Source: a virus. Taken from it: a DNA stretch of 64,000 nt. The stretch lies in the IMG/VR virus record IMGVR_UViG_3300027833_000015, positions 1 through 64,000 of that record. One strand, 5' to 3'. Below are positions 35,635 through 46,215 of this stretch, piece by piece (position 1 is the first letter of the stretch; each line of letters begins with the position of its first letter). Position numbers and translations under genes: made by a program. The notes below the pieces were generated by a model. It did no database searches and was not told the origin of the DNA. It was given only the letters and a program-made list of their open reading frames with translations.

Positions 35635-37094
35635 AGGATTACCTTGTGTATATCGAATTCAAACTTTTCTTTGTTGTACATCTTAACCCTTTCCTCTGCA
35701 TGCTTCAGAGTAAAGTTCTTCTTGGACTTGTTAGACAGGTCATCGGATAGGTCATACAACTTTGTGTCCTGTCCGTTCTCTGCCTTACGAAGTCCCCTGC
35801 CAATTGCCTGTAATACTTTCACCTGTGACTTTGATGGTGAAGCAAATACAATGTTGTGCAGGTTCTTGATGTTGATGCCTGTACTAAATGTACCCATGGA
35901 GGCAACGATTATGGCACCTTCACTACGCTCAACGATACCACGGATTGCTTCCCTATCGGAAACGTCCGTTCCACCGTGCACATAGAACACCTGATCGTTC
36001 TTCTCCTTGATCATCTTGTACAGTATCTCACCATGCTTCTCTACAAACTGATACAGTACCAAAGTGTTGCCAGTCTGAGTCAACGCAATGTTGCGTATCA
36101 GTTTGTTCCTCGGTTCGTAACCAACGAGGAAGTCTACTTCTTCCTGATAATTTCGATCTCTATTAAGTATACGCATCTCCTTTGAGTAGTCAAGCATAAG
36201 CATGTCTATCTTCAATCGGGCGAGTGTACCGTTGTCCTGCAAGTCTCTGGTGAACGTGACACGCTTTGTTGGACCAAATAGTCCCTCAAGTACCAACTTG
36301 TTGCACTGTGTGCCGTCCAGTGTACCAGTGGTGCCGAATCGATACTCTGCTTCGCTACACTTGTTCATCATAGTCGCGAGGGACTTTGCTTTGAACAGGT
36401 GACACTCATCACCGAACACGCAACCAAAGGCATCAAACCAATCTGGTCCAAGTCGGAACACTGACTGCCATGTAGTGACGATAACTCTCTTGGTCGTCTT
36501 CTTGTCCTTGCCCGAGTAGATCTTATGCACTTCGGTATCAACGTCCATGCCATAGTCAGCGAAGTCTTTGTACATCTGCTCCACGAGGGAGGTCGTCGGC
36601 ACAACGACAAGGACTGCTTTGTCATACCCGTCCAAGTACCAGCGCATCAGGTTGTATATGATGAACGACTTACCAGAACCAGTTGGGGACAGCAGGATGC
36701 AACGCTTGTTCGCGATACCGTGGGTGATTGCATCGTACTGGTACTTGCGTGGTGGGAATGGCATCTTCCACATCGCCTGTGATGCTACCAAGTGTTGGTG
36801 GTCGACTTTGTTCCTTGCTGTTGGCAGACCATAGTCGCTATCTTCCATCTGGATGTGATAGTGGCGGTCAGCAGCAAACTTGCAGAGTTTGGTGTAGAGT
36901 CCAACGTTCAGTTCAGCAGTGACTCCGTTGAAGAGTCTGATCTTACCGTCCCACTGCTTGCGCTTGAACGCTGGCATGAACTTAGCACCTGGAACCATGA
37001 ATGCGAAATACTCAGAGAGTTCTGCGCGGATACCAGCGTCACAGTCAACAAACATGTTGGCGTGGTTCAGTAGTTTAACAGTGAGTGTTGCCAT
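35631..37094 (-). CDS. uvsW: SF2 helicase UvsW
   Basis: SPTGSGKS, GDECH, TTGT, QAIGRGLR. Confidence 0.96.
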   Translation of the reverse strand: MATLTVKLLNHANMFVDCDAGIRAELSEYFAFMVPGAKFMPAFKRKQWDGKIRLFNGVTAELNVGLYTKLCKFAADRHYHIQMEDSDYGLPTARNKVDHQHLVASQAMWKMPFPPRKYQYDAITHGIANKRCILLSPTGSGKSFIIYNLMRWYLDGYDKAVLVVVPTTSLVEQMYKDFADYGMDVDTEVHKIYSGKDKKTTKRVIVTTWQSVFRLGPDWFDAFGCVFGDECHLFKAKSLATMMNKCSEAEYRFGTTGTLDGTQCNKLVLEGLFGPTKRVTFTRDLQDNGTLARLKIDMLMLDYSKEMRILNRDRNYQEEVDFLVGYEPRNKLIRNIALTQTGNTLVLYQFVEKHGEILYKMIKEKNDQVFYVHGGTDVSDREAIRGIVERSEGAIIVASMGTFSTGINIKNLHNIVFASPSKSQVKVLQAIGRGLRKAENGQDTKLYDLSDDLSNKSKKNFTLKHAEERVKMYNKEKFEFDIHKVIL

Positions 37095-37127
37095 TACAAA
37101 TGCCTATAGGAGAATGTCTCCTGCTAT

Positions 37128-37568
37128 TTAGGCACCTGCTTCGAACTGCTTCCAGCGGATAGAATTACCGATTGTCTGGTGTCGCCACTTGAGGGAGTCA
37201 ATAATTTCCTTCAGTGCTTCGACCATCGTCTTGTAGTACACAACAGTTGCTTCGCTTTGTTGTATCTCTGGGTCACTGTCATAATAGTACGACAAGTCGC
37301 CCTTCATGATCTTGAGACCATTGAATGGGTCAGGTTCCCAACCAAGATCAACAATCTCTTCTTGGGACATCTTGCCATTGTACCACAGGAACTTATTCTT
37401 GAGGAGGGTTTGTTGCTTATCTTCTGCTCGTTTCATCAGAAGTTTTGCTTGTATATAATAACCAAGATATTGTCCGTGTAACTTGGGAGTCTCACGTGAT
37501 GCTACATCTAGGTTATGTCCGATCTCACAGTCCGTTGCCCATTGGGCGAGGATACCATCTAAATCCAT
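37128..37568 (-). CDS. uvsY: Recombination mediator UvsY
   Basis: W..D..I, P.LH..YL, WYNGK, W..FEAG; next to uvsW. Confidence 0.88.
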   Translation of the reverse strand: MDLDGILAQWATDCEIGHNLDVASRETPKLHGQYLGYYIQAKLLMKRAEDKQQTLLKNKFLWYNGKMSQEEIVDLGWEPDPFNGLKIMKGDLSYYYDSDPEIQQSEATVVYYKTMVEALKEIIDSLKWRHQTIGNSIRWKQFEAGA

Positions 37569-37571
37569 ATA

Positions 37572-38075
37572 TTATTCAACTATCTCAAAGTAGGAAAATC
37601 TAAAGGAGGCAGGGAATGTTACATATTCCACTGACTGGTTGGTTGATTCAAAACGTATGTCGCCAACAGAAACTGGCAGCGCATCAATGTATTTGAATCT
37701 GATGCTGGTGTTGTTGTGACTCGTAAGAGCAACAATGGTTATGTCCGAGTAACTCGGTTGGGAAGATGTTTTGCCTCCAAAGTCATCACGCTTTGTGATC
37801 ATTGGACTATTGACACTTCGCAACATCCAGTTGTACATCTCTGTGTACGACTGCATCTTCTCGTCAAGCAGGACGTCCATGGTAAGTTCACCGAACTCCA
37901 TCTGACCTCCAGGCATTGGTACGCTCTGTATGCGCTTGACTGATGTTTCTACAGCAGGGCATGACGCTCCTGGATGTGTAACTGCCTGTACATAGAATTC
38001 TAAGTTGCTATAGTTCTTGCGATCTATGACTACTTTAAATCCCGTTGGTTGAAATAAATTTGCTGGTCCGTCCAT
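37572..38075 (-). CDS. 3: Tail tube terminator/completion protein (gp3)
   Basis: PTGF, LDE.M..Y.EMYNW, F.DA.P.S...I.F, F.FSYF. Confidence 0.88.
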   Translation of the reverse strand: MDGPANLFQPTGFKVVIDRKNYSNLEFYVQAVTHPGASCPAVETSVKRIQSVPMPGGQMEFGELTMDVLLDEKMQSYTEMYNWMLRSVNSPMITKRDDFGGKTSSQPSYSDITIVALTSHNNTSIRFKYIDALPVSVGDIRFESTNQSVEYVTFPASFRFSYFEIVE

Positions 38076-38101
38076 TTGTATTCCCCGACTTAACTCTCTC
38101 T

Positions 38102-38129
38102 ATTATCTCTATTTAGGATGAAATGTCAA
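38102..38129 (-). promoter_or_regulatory. Sigma70-type promoter with nested CTAAATA late-type element
   Basis: TTGACA-N16-GATAAT with CTAAATA at 38110-38116. Confidence 0.6.
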
Positions 38130-38226
38130 CACGAACTTTCGAGACCTAAATTTTATGCCGCGAAAATTGCGACGCCCTTTTACTTTTCATCTTTTTGGAG
38201 GTTTTGACCCCTTGATTTGCAGACAT

Positions 38227-38252
38227 AAAAAAACCCGCACCTAAATGCGGGT
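38227..38252 (-). terminator. Rho-independent terminator after gene 23
   Basis: ACCCGCA-TTTAGG-TGCGGGT followed by a T run. Confidence 0.85.
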
Positions 38253-38350
38253 CATAAACCTATTATAATTATTTCGGTTTTGGTCCCAAGGTAGGGAAGG
38301 TTTGGGCAACGATCAAGTCGCCCAATTCTTTCTACCGTACTACAATCGAC

Positions 38351-39688
38351 TTATGCAGAAACCATCAGGTTGTCCACTCGGAAGATACGATAGTACTGGT
38401 TGGTTTTTGCAGTAGCAAGACCGTTTGCAGGAGTGTCTCCAACAAAAGGATTAGACGCCATACCATAACGAGTCTTGAACCCGATACGTGGTTGGAAGTC
38501 ATTCTCGCCAACAGCACGAACCATTTGCAGAGGAACGTATGGGCAGTAGAATATACCTGCGTCATAAGCGTTTGTTCCTTTGTAACCAACAGTGACATAG
38601 TCGCTGACGGCATATGGATCGATGTATACACGCAGACGACCGTTCAGAACACCAGCAAAGGTGTTGCCAGTATCATCTACTTGCAGGTTAGCAGCGATTG
38701 CAGGAGCGTAGTCCAGCATGCCAGAAGCAACAAGAGCAGTAGCAACGTCAGAAGAGACGATAGCAACGTTTCCTTTACCACGACGAGTTTCTTTCGCGAT
38801 AACGTTTGCTTCACGGTCAAGTTGTACCAACAGACCTTTGAACTTCTCAGCAGACCAACGTCCATCAGCATCAGTGCTGAGGTCGAAGATACCATTGATT
38901 GCAGTGTTAGCAGTGCTAGCACCAGTTTTTGCTTGACTGTTTACAGTACGGATAACTTCACGGTTGATTTCAGCAAGGATCTCAACAGAAAGAATGTTAG
39001 CAAGTTCTGATTCAGCGTCAAGACCGTGGATTGCTTTCAGGTCTTGTGCAAGTTCAATGGTGTACTCTGCTTTCAGGGCACGTGACTTTGCTTCAACTGC
39101 TGCTTTCTCAATGGTGAAACCCATTTCGGCGAAATCGCCTCCAGTGTTACCCAATGCTTCAGCGGCAGCAGTAGTGATACCACCACCAACAGTTGGACCA
39201 GTTCGTTGGTCATCGATAGTGCTATCAGCGTCAGTGTCAGTAAGACCACCAAGACCAGAAGGACCACCAGTTTGTGTTACAGAAGAGTCGCCAGAGAAAG
39301 GTGTTAATGCTTCACCGAACAATGCCTCGTCACCATTTGTTGCTCCACCTTTAGTGGTCTTGTACTTGCTCTTCATAGCGAAGATCAAACCAGTAGGACC
39401 AGTCATTGGTTGAACACCACAGATGTCGTATGCCATCAGGTTAGGCATGGCACGACGAACGAGTGAAATCAGTACTGGATTCCAGTTAGCGACGTTTGCG
39501 CCAGTAGCGTTTGCAGCAGTTTCAGTCATAAACTGAGACTGACTACCTTCAGCAATCATTGCACGTTCTTGGTTTTCAAGAATGGCAGCAGTTACATTGC
39601 GACGGTGACGGTCTGTGATGTTGCCAGCAGACTCTTCGTTTAATACTGGTGCCCATTTTGAGACCAGTGATTCGTAGTTAATTTCCAT
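38351..39688 (-). CDS. 23: Major capsid protein (gp23)
   Basis: KWAPVL, LVRRAMP, GVQPMTGPTGLIFAM, SRALKAEYT.ELAQDLKAIHGLDAE, FYCPYVPL, GFKTRYG. Confidence 0.99.
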   Translation of the reverse strand: MEINYESLVSKWAPVLNEESAGNITDRHRRNVTAAILENQERAMIAEGSQSQFMTETAANATGANVANWNPVLISLVRRAMPNLMAYDICGVQPMTGPTGLIFAMKSKYKTTKGGATNGDEALFGEALTPFSGDSSVTQTGGPSGLGGLTDTDADSTIDDQRTGPTVGGGITTAAAEALGNTGGDFAEMGFTIEKAAVEAKSRALKAEYTIELAQDLKAIHGLDAESELANILSVEILAEINREVIRTVNSQAKTGASTANTAINGIFDLSTDADGRWSAEKFKGLLVQLDREANVIAKETRRGKGNVAIVSSDVATALVASGMLDYAPAIAANLQVDDTGNTFAGVLNGRLRVYIDPYAVSDYVTVGYKGTNAYDAGIFYCPYVPLQMVRAVGENDFQPRIGFKTRYGMASNPFVGDTPANGLATAKTNQYYRIFRVDNLMVSA

Positions 39689-39718
39689 TTAAAATACTCC
39701 TTGAGAGTGTTATGGGTT

Positions 39719-40747
39719 TTACTTTTGGTTTGTGTTGCGTATTGCCTGCAAGTATGAGGACATAGACGGAGCAACTTCTTCAGTCAATGCAACAGCATCG
39801 TCTTCAGTAACTACTTCTTCTGCGACTTCAACACTTTTGGCGAAGAAAGATTCTTTGACAGTGGCAACTTTGTATGCAAATGTTTCAGCATCTTCAAAGT
39901 CTACACTTTCAACTAACTTTTCAAACTTTTCTGCTTGGGTGTCTGCAAGATCAGCAATTGCTTCAGAGACGATTGCGCTCCGAGTCAATACTTCAACATG
40001 CTCGCCCAATACGATTGCGTCTTCAGTAGTTCTGTTGAGTGCCTCTTCGAGTTCCTCAACTTGATCTGCTAAATCATCAACCAGGTCTACCTTTGAGTCA
40101 GGCACTTCAATGTAAGACTCAACGAACAATCCTTTCAGATTCTCCATGAAGTTCTCAGCGATTTCAGCACGCAGACCGTTTTGAATAGCAACTTCGTTCT
40201 CTGCCATCCAGTTCTCAACTACATAGTTCAGGTAGGAATCTACTTTCTCGACCAACTCAGAGTTCTGCGTAGCAGTCTCTTCAGCGAGTTTGTCTTCGTA
40301 AGCAGTTTCAATTCGCTCAACTTCTTCAGCGAGTTTTGATTTCAATGCTGCTTCAAAGATGACAGCGGTCTTAACTTTAAACTCTTCGGAAAGAGTTGCT
40401 TCAGACTCAACCAACGCAGTCAATTCTTCAGAGTAGTCTTCGGCAGATTCTTCTGCAACAAAGTCTTCTTCAGAAAGGTCAACGTCTTCGCCCATAACAC
40501 CACCGTAAGCAGCAGAAAGAGATGCTTTATTCATCCCACTCAACTTGCTATACATGGCGTTGATCATAGCACCTTTGGTTTTTGGCATTGGATCGCTGTT
40601 CTTCTTGTCACCCTTACGTGCTGGTGCGCTAGAAGTAGCATCAGTTGTTTTGTCTACCGACGCAACAGACTGCTGTTCAGCGTTCTTCATGTCATGTACT
40701 GCTTCTACAACTTCGTCTTGAAGTTCTATATTGTTTTCTTCATCCAT
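39719..40747 (-). CDS. 22: Prohead core scaffold protein (gp22)
   Basis: LSEEFK.K...IFEAA, KVDSYLNYVVENW..EN. Confidence 0.95.
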   Translation of the reverse strand: MDEENNIELQDEVVEAVHDMKNAEQQSVASVDKTTDATSSAPARKGDKKNSDPMPKTKGAMINAMYSKLSGMNKASLSAAYGGVMGEDVDLSEEDFVAEESAEDYSEELTALVESEATLSEEFKVKTAVIFEAALKSKLAEEVERIETAYEDKLAEETATQNSELVEKVDSYLNYVVENWMAENEVAIQNGLRAEIAENFMENLKGLFVESYIEVPDSKVDLVDDLADQVEELEEALNRTTEDAIVLGEHVEVLTRSAIVSEAIADLADTQAEKFEKLVESVDFEDAETFAYKVATVKESFFAKSVEVAEEVVTEDDAVALTEEVAPSMSSYLQAIRNTNQK

Positions 40748-40759
40748 AATGGACTCCTT

Positions 40760-41425
40760 TTATAAGGTTTCTTTTAGGGAGGAGAGGAAATTTTTGAACT
40801 CACGAGTTTGCTCAGCATACGAATATACTTTGCTAGAAGGAGTAATGATTTCAGTCTCTTGTTCTTCACATATTTCCTGCGCGACGAGAATGCCTTTGTT
40901 CCATACCCAATCCACACCTTCCATGATTCCGTTTACGAAAGCACCAGGAGCGGATGGATCCTGTACAATATCAATTGTACTTAAAACAAAGTCTTCTCCG
41001 ACATACGAGGCACCGCCACGTTGCACAAGACTACCCATACCACGAGTTGAGACACCAAGGTTGACCCCACCAGAAAGCAAACCTTTTACGATTTTACCCA
41101 TGGGAGTATCTAATATTGATGCCTTTCCGATCACGTCATTGCCTTCAAAATGAAGGTCAGTGATGAGATGCGAAACTTTGTCGAGGTTGACTGTTGGACC
41201 ATCTGGATGGTTCAACTCGCCAACTGCTCGGTTCTTTGAAACTTGCTCTTCAACATACTTGTCTACAGCAGACTGCATAGTCTTCTTCGGGTAGACTCTA
41301 CCGTTCCGATTCTTTTGCTCTGCCTGTGCAAATACACCTTCGATGGTGAAAGACTTTTCGCCTTTCTCATTTTTCTCGACGATGCATTGAACATTTTGTT
41401 CGTTGAATTCAGCGATCAGTTTCAT
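40760..41425 (-). CDS. 21: Prohead protease (gp21)
   Basis: NRNGRVYP, GELNHP, GVSTRGMGSL, DIVQDPSAP.AFV. Confidence 0.97.
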   Translation of the reverse strand: MKLIAEFNEQNVQCIVEKNEKGEKSFTIEGVFAQAEQKNRNGRVYPKKTMQSAVDKYVEEQVSKNRAVGELNHPDGPTVNLDKVSHLITDLHFEGNDVIGKASILDTPMGKIVKGLLSGGVNLGVSTRGMGSLVQRGGASYVGEDFVLSTIDIVQDPSAPGAFVNGIMEGVDWVWNKGILVAQEICEEQETEIITPSSKVYSYAEQTREFKNFLSSLKETL

Positions 41426-41625
41426 TAAAATAATTCCTTGATTGCGGTCTCTATTGATTTTACAGCGTCCTTTTCAGAACGGAAGGTGTCGAGATGGTCA
41501 CCGTCAATGTATGCTTCAAAACCTTTATTGGTCTTGTATACAGCGCACTTTACTTTCTTGTGCTTCTTGCTGTACACAAGGTCACCCTTTGGGGTTTTGC
41601 TGCGAATTTCTGAAAAGTATTTCAT
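41425..41625 (-). CDS. Small basic protein (gp68 position)
   Basis: Coupled to gene 21; preceded by late promoter. Confidence 0.65.
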   Translation of the reverse strand: MKYFSEIRSKTPKGDLVYSKKHKKVKCAVYKTNKGFEAYIDGDHLDTFRSEKDAVKSIETAIKELF

Positions 41626-41631
41626 ACTGTT

Positions 41632-41639
41632 TATTTATA
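41632..41639 (-). promoter_or_regulatory. T4-type late promoter
   Basis: TATAAATA, intergenic. Confidence 0.8.
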
Positions 41640-41645
41640 CTAATC

Positions 41646-42089
41646 CTATTCTTCGTCTTCATCATCAGACAAAATATCTTCTATGTCTGATTCTGCTTCG
41701 TCTTCGTCGTAGAGACCAAGAGCATCTTCTGGTTCTTCATGCTCATCATCGCCACCCAGATCGATATCTAAGACATCTTCTGGTTCTTCATCTGCTAATA
41801 GAGCATCAACTTCTGCTTCTACTTCAGGGTCCAACTCTTCTTCTTCAACGTCGGAATCAATTTCTTCTTCCTCAGTTTCTTCTTCCTCAGTTTCTTCTTC
41901 CTCTTCCTGACCATTATACACAATATTGGCAATGCGTACTTTTTCCTGAGCAAGAGCGTCATCGATCTTACCTGCCATCAGGTCAGCAAATATCTTACCT
42001 GAGTCAAGTGTTTCGTTGCCTTTGATTGAGTGCAACAGGTCGTCTATACTTGGTGTAATAACTTCCACGTCCATTGTATCGTCTTCCAT
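41646..42089 (-). CDS. Acidic prohead core protein (gp67-like)
   Basis: Between portal and protease genes; extremely E/D-rich C-terminus. Confidence 0.7.
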   Translation of the reverse strand: MEDDTMDVEVITPSIDDLLHSIKGNETLDSGKIFADLMAGKIDDALAQEKVRIANIVYNGQEEEEETEEEETEEEEIDSDVEEEELDPEVEAEVDALLADEEPEDVLDIDLGGDDEHEEPEDALGLYDEDEAESDIEDILSDDEDEE

Positions 42090-42133
42090 AATATTCTCCA
42101 GTTTTATACGTTACAGTTTATATAGGACAAGGA

Positions 42134-43708
42134 TTAACCTTGTTCCTTTTCGTCATCTTCAGCGTCGACTTCGACTTCACCAGATTCAATTTCCGCTTGC
42201 ATCTGCTTCTTCATGTCTTCCGCTTCTTCTTTGGTAAACCTGAACACGTTAGTCATTACCCAATCTTTGCTCAGGTATTCACCAACATATTGTGCTGCTT
42301 GATCGACCAGTTGAAGTCTTTGTGTCAATACCTCTGCGTCTTTCAACTCAGTGTAGTGATTGTCTTTGTAGAACTCAACACGAACACGGTTGTGGAAAAG
42401 TTCTTTCCAATCAGCGTCTGTTATAACACCCTTCAGTATCAACTGCTGACGCAGGATATGGGTGAACAACTTGCCGAACCGCTGGCGTAGTCGAGTGATA
42501 AACTTCTGAAACTTGATTTCTTCTCGGTTGATCTCTGTAGCACGACCGAGGGAGTATGCTGACTCTTGCTCAAGGCGAGACACAGGCACGTTCAATGCTT
42601 GGTATACTTTGCGCTGGAAGTATTTGACGTCATCAATCTCGCCAAGGTTTGTGCCACCTGGAAGTGTAGTCACTTCAGTACCACGACCACCTTCACGACG
42701 AGGCAACCAGAAGTCATCCAGCATAGACATATGCTTGCGGGAGTCTTTCAATTCACCAGTGCTTTGATCGTACACAAGTTTGTTGCGGTAGCGTGTCATC
42801 AAATCATTGACATACTGTTCTGATTTACCCTTCGGCATGTTACCAGTATCAACGTAGAAGATTCGACGTTCTGGTGCACGTGCTAAACGATAGATGATCA
42901 GAGAGTCTTCCATCATACGCAGTTGGTTGATAGGACGCAGTGCTTTGTGTAAGTGGGAGATGACTCGTGACTTTGTTTCGTCAAGCAGACCAGAGGTCAC
43001 ATAACTCACAGAGTCATTACTCAGACGAACAGCACTGGTCTTTGCACCTGCTGTTATAGTAGCGTTGGCATTCTTCTTATCATTACCGTTCTTCTCATTG
43101 TAGATATAATATTCTTCTACCTTGTCAACAACGTCGACGCCAGTCGCTGGGTCTTTCTTCTTTACAACCTGTTTAACCTTGCGCACTTTAAGAGCATCGA
43201 TGTAACGAACTTCTTGTATGCCTTCTTTTGTTTTACTTGAGTCGACGATTAGGTGGTGGTACAATCGTCCGTCTACATACCAAGAGCGGAATATGTCGTG
43301 CGCTCTTTCGTTGAATGTAAGCATGTTGAGCACATGTTGAAATTCTACATGCACTTTCTTCTTGAGAGATTCAGACATATCAACACCGTCGAGGTTTAAC
43401 TCAACAACGTTCTCGTCGTCGGGGACTACAATTGCCTCGTTGACGATTTCTTCAATTGCCATATCTACTTCTGGGTGTGTAGCGTTGGCGCGATATTTGC
43501 GAATCTGATCTGCTTGGTCTTTAAATTGGAGGTCAGCATATATGTCCATATGCGTGCCGTAATGACTGGATGGCGAGGTTACATAACCAGTGCCGTCATC
43601 GTCTGTAGGTGCTACAACGGATGCAGCGGGAATTGGATCAACCGCTTGCTGGTCTTTCTTAGATCGGTTTATTTCGAAACCGAAAAGTTTGATACCGTTA
43701 TCTGCCAT
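42134..43708 (-). CDS. 20: Portal protein (gp20)
   Basis: WYVDGR, NQLRMMED...IYRLARAPERRIFYVD, DFWLPRREGGRGTE. Confidence 0.98.
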   Translation of the reverse strand: MADNGIKLFGFEINRSKKDQQAVDPIPAASVVAPTDDDGTGYVTSPSSHYGTHMDIYADLQFKDQADQIRKYRANATHPEVDMAIEEIVNEAIVVPDDENVVELNLDGVDMSESLKKKVHVEFQHVLNMLTFNERAHDIFRSWYVDGRLYHHLIVDSSKTKEGIQEVRYIDALKVRKVKQVVKKKDPATGVDVVDKVEEYYIYNEKNGNDKKNANATITAGAKTSAVRLSNDSVSYVTSGLLDETKSRVISHLHKALRPINQLRMMEDSLIIYRLARAPERRIFYVDTGNMPKGKSEQYVNDLMTRYRNKLVYDQSTGELKDSRKHMSMLDDFWLPRREGGRGTEVTTLPGGTNLGEIDDVKYFQRKVYQALNVPVSRLEQESAYSLGRATEINREEIKFQKFITRLRQRFGKLFTHILRQQLILKGVITDADWKELFHNRVRVEFYKDNHYTELKDAEVLTQRLQLVDQAAQYVGEYLSKDWVMTNVFRFTKEEAEDMKKQMQAEIESGEVEVDAEDDEKEQG

Positions 43709-43742
43709 TTTGTTTTCCTGTTTGGTAATACAATAATATAAT

Positions 43743-43773
43743 AAAAAGCAGGAGGAGTTTCCCCCTCCTGCTT
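43743..43773 (-). terminator. Rho-independent terminator after gene 19
   Basis: AAGCAGGAGG-GGGAAACT-CCTCCTGCTT followed by TTT. Confidence 0.85.
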
Positions 43774-43796
43774 ATACTTAGGACGACTCGCCAACC

Positions 43797-44336
43797 TTAG
43801 TTGGTGTTGTCGTTTGTCCAGTAGTCATACTCAATAGTAACAGTGAACTGCTCGATCTCGCTTTGTTGTGAATAGTCGAGTTCGATAGCAGATATCTGCG
43901 TTGGGAAACAGTTCTTCAAGAAGTAAGTCTTGATAGGAGACTGAATCTGATCGAGTTGTATAACTTCAATGTTGGTCGCATATGTACCAACGCCAGAGTT
44001 ATTTGCAAACACACCAGAGTTTCCACCATGAGTATTCATGCCATCCATCCATGCTTCGAATGCATCACGCACTGAGAAGTTTGTATCGTTATAGACAGTC
44101 ATTGTCCACGGTTCAAATGTACGGTCGCCCGCAAGTTTGACGATACGCCCACGGAATGGGACTTCGACAGGGTTGACTGTTGATGCAGGTAAGTTTGCTG
44201 CACGACACATGAAGTTAGTCAGTTCTTTGTTACCACCAGTATAACCTGGAAAGTTCACATTGACTTCGAACATGTTAGAGCGAGCACCGCCACCTGTTAA
44301 CTTCCCTTTGAAGTCATCTACACGTAAAATTGCCAT
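43797..44336 (-). CDS. 19: Tail tube protein (gp19)
   Basis: GGAR.N.F.V, VPFRGR..KLAGDRTFEPW, F.VT..YDYW. Confidence 0.96.
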   Translation of the reverse strand: MAILRVDDFKGKLTGGGARSNMFEVNVNFPGYTGGNKELTNFMCRAANLPASTVNPVEVPFRGRIVKLAGDRTFEPWTMTVYNDTNFSVRDAFEAWMDGMNTHGGNSGVFANNSGVGTYATNIEVIQLDQIQSPIKTYFLKNCFPTQISAIELDYSQQSEIEQFTVTIEYDYWTNDNTN

Positions 44337-44360
44337 CTTTGTTTCTCCTTAGATGAGTTC

Positions 44361-46136
44361 TTAAGAAAGTGTACCAACAACTTCTTCAAAGTCAAGTCCA
44401 GCGCGAGTAGCGACGAAGTTGAGAGTGATAAAGTTGATAGAGTACGTTGGTTTGATGAATATAGAAGCAACCAATTCATTGCGCGCACGCACTTCATCAG
44501 TATTGTTTCTGCTATCACACTGGACGTAGAAGTCTTCGATACCACGACGCGATTGAATTTCACGCAGTAATGGTTCGACGATCGCTACCAATTCAGAGCG
44601 AGTAAATTCATCGTTAAACTCGAACATAAAGTTACGAGCAGCGAGTGCGACAGATTTCTCAACCGCAAGGAACAAACGACGAACATTGATGCGATCAAAC
44701 GCACTTGCTCGTGATTGCTTAGTCTTGTCACCGAACAACAGTATACCGCGACCAGCAAATTGTACGACTGGGTTTACACCAACTTTGTACAACTCATCAC
44801 GCTGTGCTTTGTTCGGGGAATATGCAAGACCAGTAGCACCGAAGTATTCACCGCGACGTTCGCCAGCAGGAGAGTACCATGGACCATAGGATGCATCAGT
44901 AGCAGCAAGCAATCCAGCAGTAGTTGAAGCGGCAGGCACATAGATGTACGTGTCGTTAAACTCGTCTGCAACTCGCAGATAGTTGTTATCAACCATCAGA
45001 TAGTTGGAAGCACTGAACTGGTTAGTGGTTTGGATAGTAGCGTCAACTGCGTTGACGTTGCCCACGACTGCTGCTCGGTTAGGAGAAGCAACAACAACGC
45101 AATCTTTGCGAGTTGCAGAAGCAATACCTACCAAGTTATTGACTACAGCGACATGATCTTCTTCTGTATTCATTCCTGGAGCGATAAGGATCTGGACATC
45201 TATCTCTTCTTTGTCTTCGAAGTGTGAGAACCCTGCTTGGTAATCAGCAACTTCAAGCACTGGGCAGTCACGACCGCCAGCAAACTGACCAGTGGCAGAA
45301 TCTTGTGACCATGTGTTTGCGCCAAAGTTTTGAACGGTTGGTCCACTAGGTGCTGTGCCCCAAAGTGTGCCGCCAATCATGTTATCCGAGTCGCCAAATT
45401 GGCCAAAGCGGACATAGTTTGAACCATTGTTTATAACGGTTCCGATGTAGTTGTCTCCACCATCAACAGTCTTTGCGCCTTTGGCAACAGAAACGTATGG
45501 GAAAACTTCGAGAACTGTGTTCTTAGTTCCGCTGATAAGACCTGCTTTGTCGACGACTGCAACGTGAATTTCGTCAAACTTGACATCGCCTTCGAGACTT
45601 GCTGCCCAAGGAGAAGTTCCTGGGAAACCATTAAAGGCAGCAGAATACTTCCAACCGTCATATGTGGCGGTCAGTGCAGCATCATCAAGGAGATCTGTTT
45701 TGAGTCGTTGGAACAATGATACTTCGATCGAGTTGCCAAGTTCTCCAGGATATTTTGCTAGGAACAACTGACTTCCAGCATAGGATTCAAATACTTTATC
45801 GTTTTCGATAAGTACTGGAACACTGCTAAGAGTGGCGTTCACTGCGCTGTCGCCAATCGGTGCTGAGTTGTTGACTTGACGGTTTAAGATAAGGTTTCCA
45901 GAGTATCGCAGATACTGCTCAGCAGAGTAGTAGTCTACAGCACGCAAGTTGTCGGGTGCCCCGAACTGTGATGCGAGTTGCTCTTTGTTTTGGACCCGTT
46001 GTGGATCGTTAACTGGACCCCATTTGAATTGCCCCACCATACCGCTTAAAGAAGTCTCAACATTTGGCGCAACGCCAGTTAGGTCGATTTCTTTAATAAC
46101 GATTGCTGGAGAAACAGAAGGTGTTGTAAGTGCCAT
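44361..46136 (-). CDS. 18: Tail sheath protein (gp18)
   Basis: SP.IVIKEIDLT, AKYPG..GN, W.SPAG.RRG, AFDRINVRRLF, SINFITLNFVATR. Confidence 0.97.
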   Translation of the reverse strand: MALTTPSVSPAIVIKEIDLTGVAPNVETSLSGMVGQFKWGPVNDPQRVQNKEQLASQFGAPDNLRAVDYYSAEQYLRYSGNLILNRQVNNSAPIGDSAVNATLSSVPVLIENDKVFESYAGSQLFLAKYPGELGNSIEVSLFQRLKTDLLDDAALTATYDGWKYSAAFNGFPGTSPWAASLEGDVKFDEIHVAVVDKAGLISGTKNTVLEVFPYVSVAKGAKTVDGGDNYIGTVINNGSNYVRFGQFGDSDNMIGGTLWGTAPSGPTVQNFGANTWSQDSATGQFAGGRDCPVLEVADYQAGFSHFEDKEEIDVQILIAPGMNTEEDHVAVVNNLVGIASATRKDCVVVASPNRAAVVGNVNAVDATIQTTNQFSASNYLMVDNNYLRVADEFNDTYIYVPAASTTAGLLAATDASYGPWYSPAGERRGEYFGATGLAYSPNKAQRDELYKVGVNPVVQFAGRGILLFGDKTKQSRASAFDRINVRRLFLAVEKSVALAARNFMFEFNDEFTRSELVAIVEPLLREIQSRRGIEDFYVQCDSRNNTDEVRARNELVASIFIKPTYSINFITLNFVATRAGLDFEEVVGTLS

Positions 46137-46215
46137 TTTCGTTTCCTCGTTTCGATCGAAAAATTATATGTATCATTATAAGAATGACACTCGCCATCGA
46201 GCGTTCACATGCTCT

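Noticed and set aside
38076-38350. Intergenic region after gene 23 as an ncRNA or replication origin
   Set aside because: Explained by a terminator, one extra hairpin (about 38303-38325) and a promoter; no further structure can be supported.
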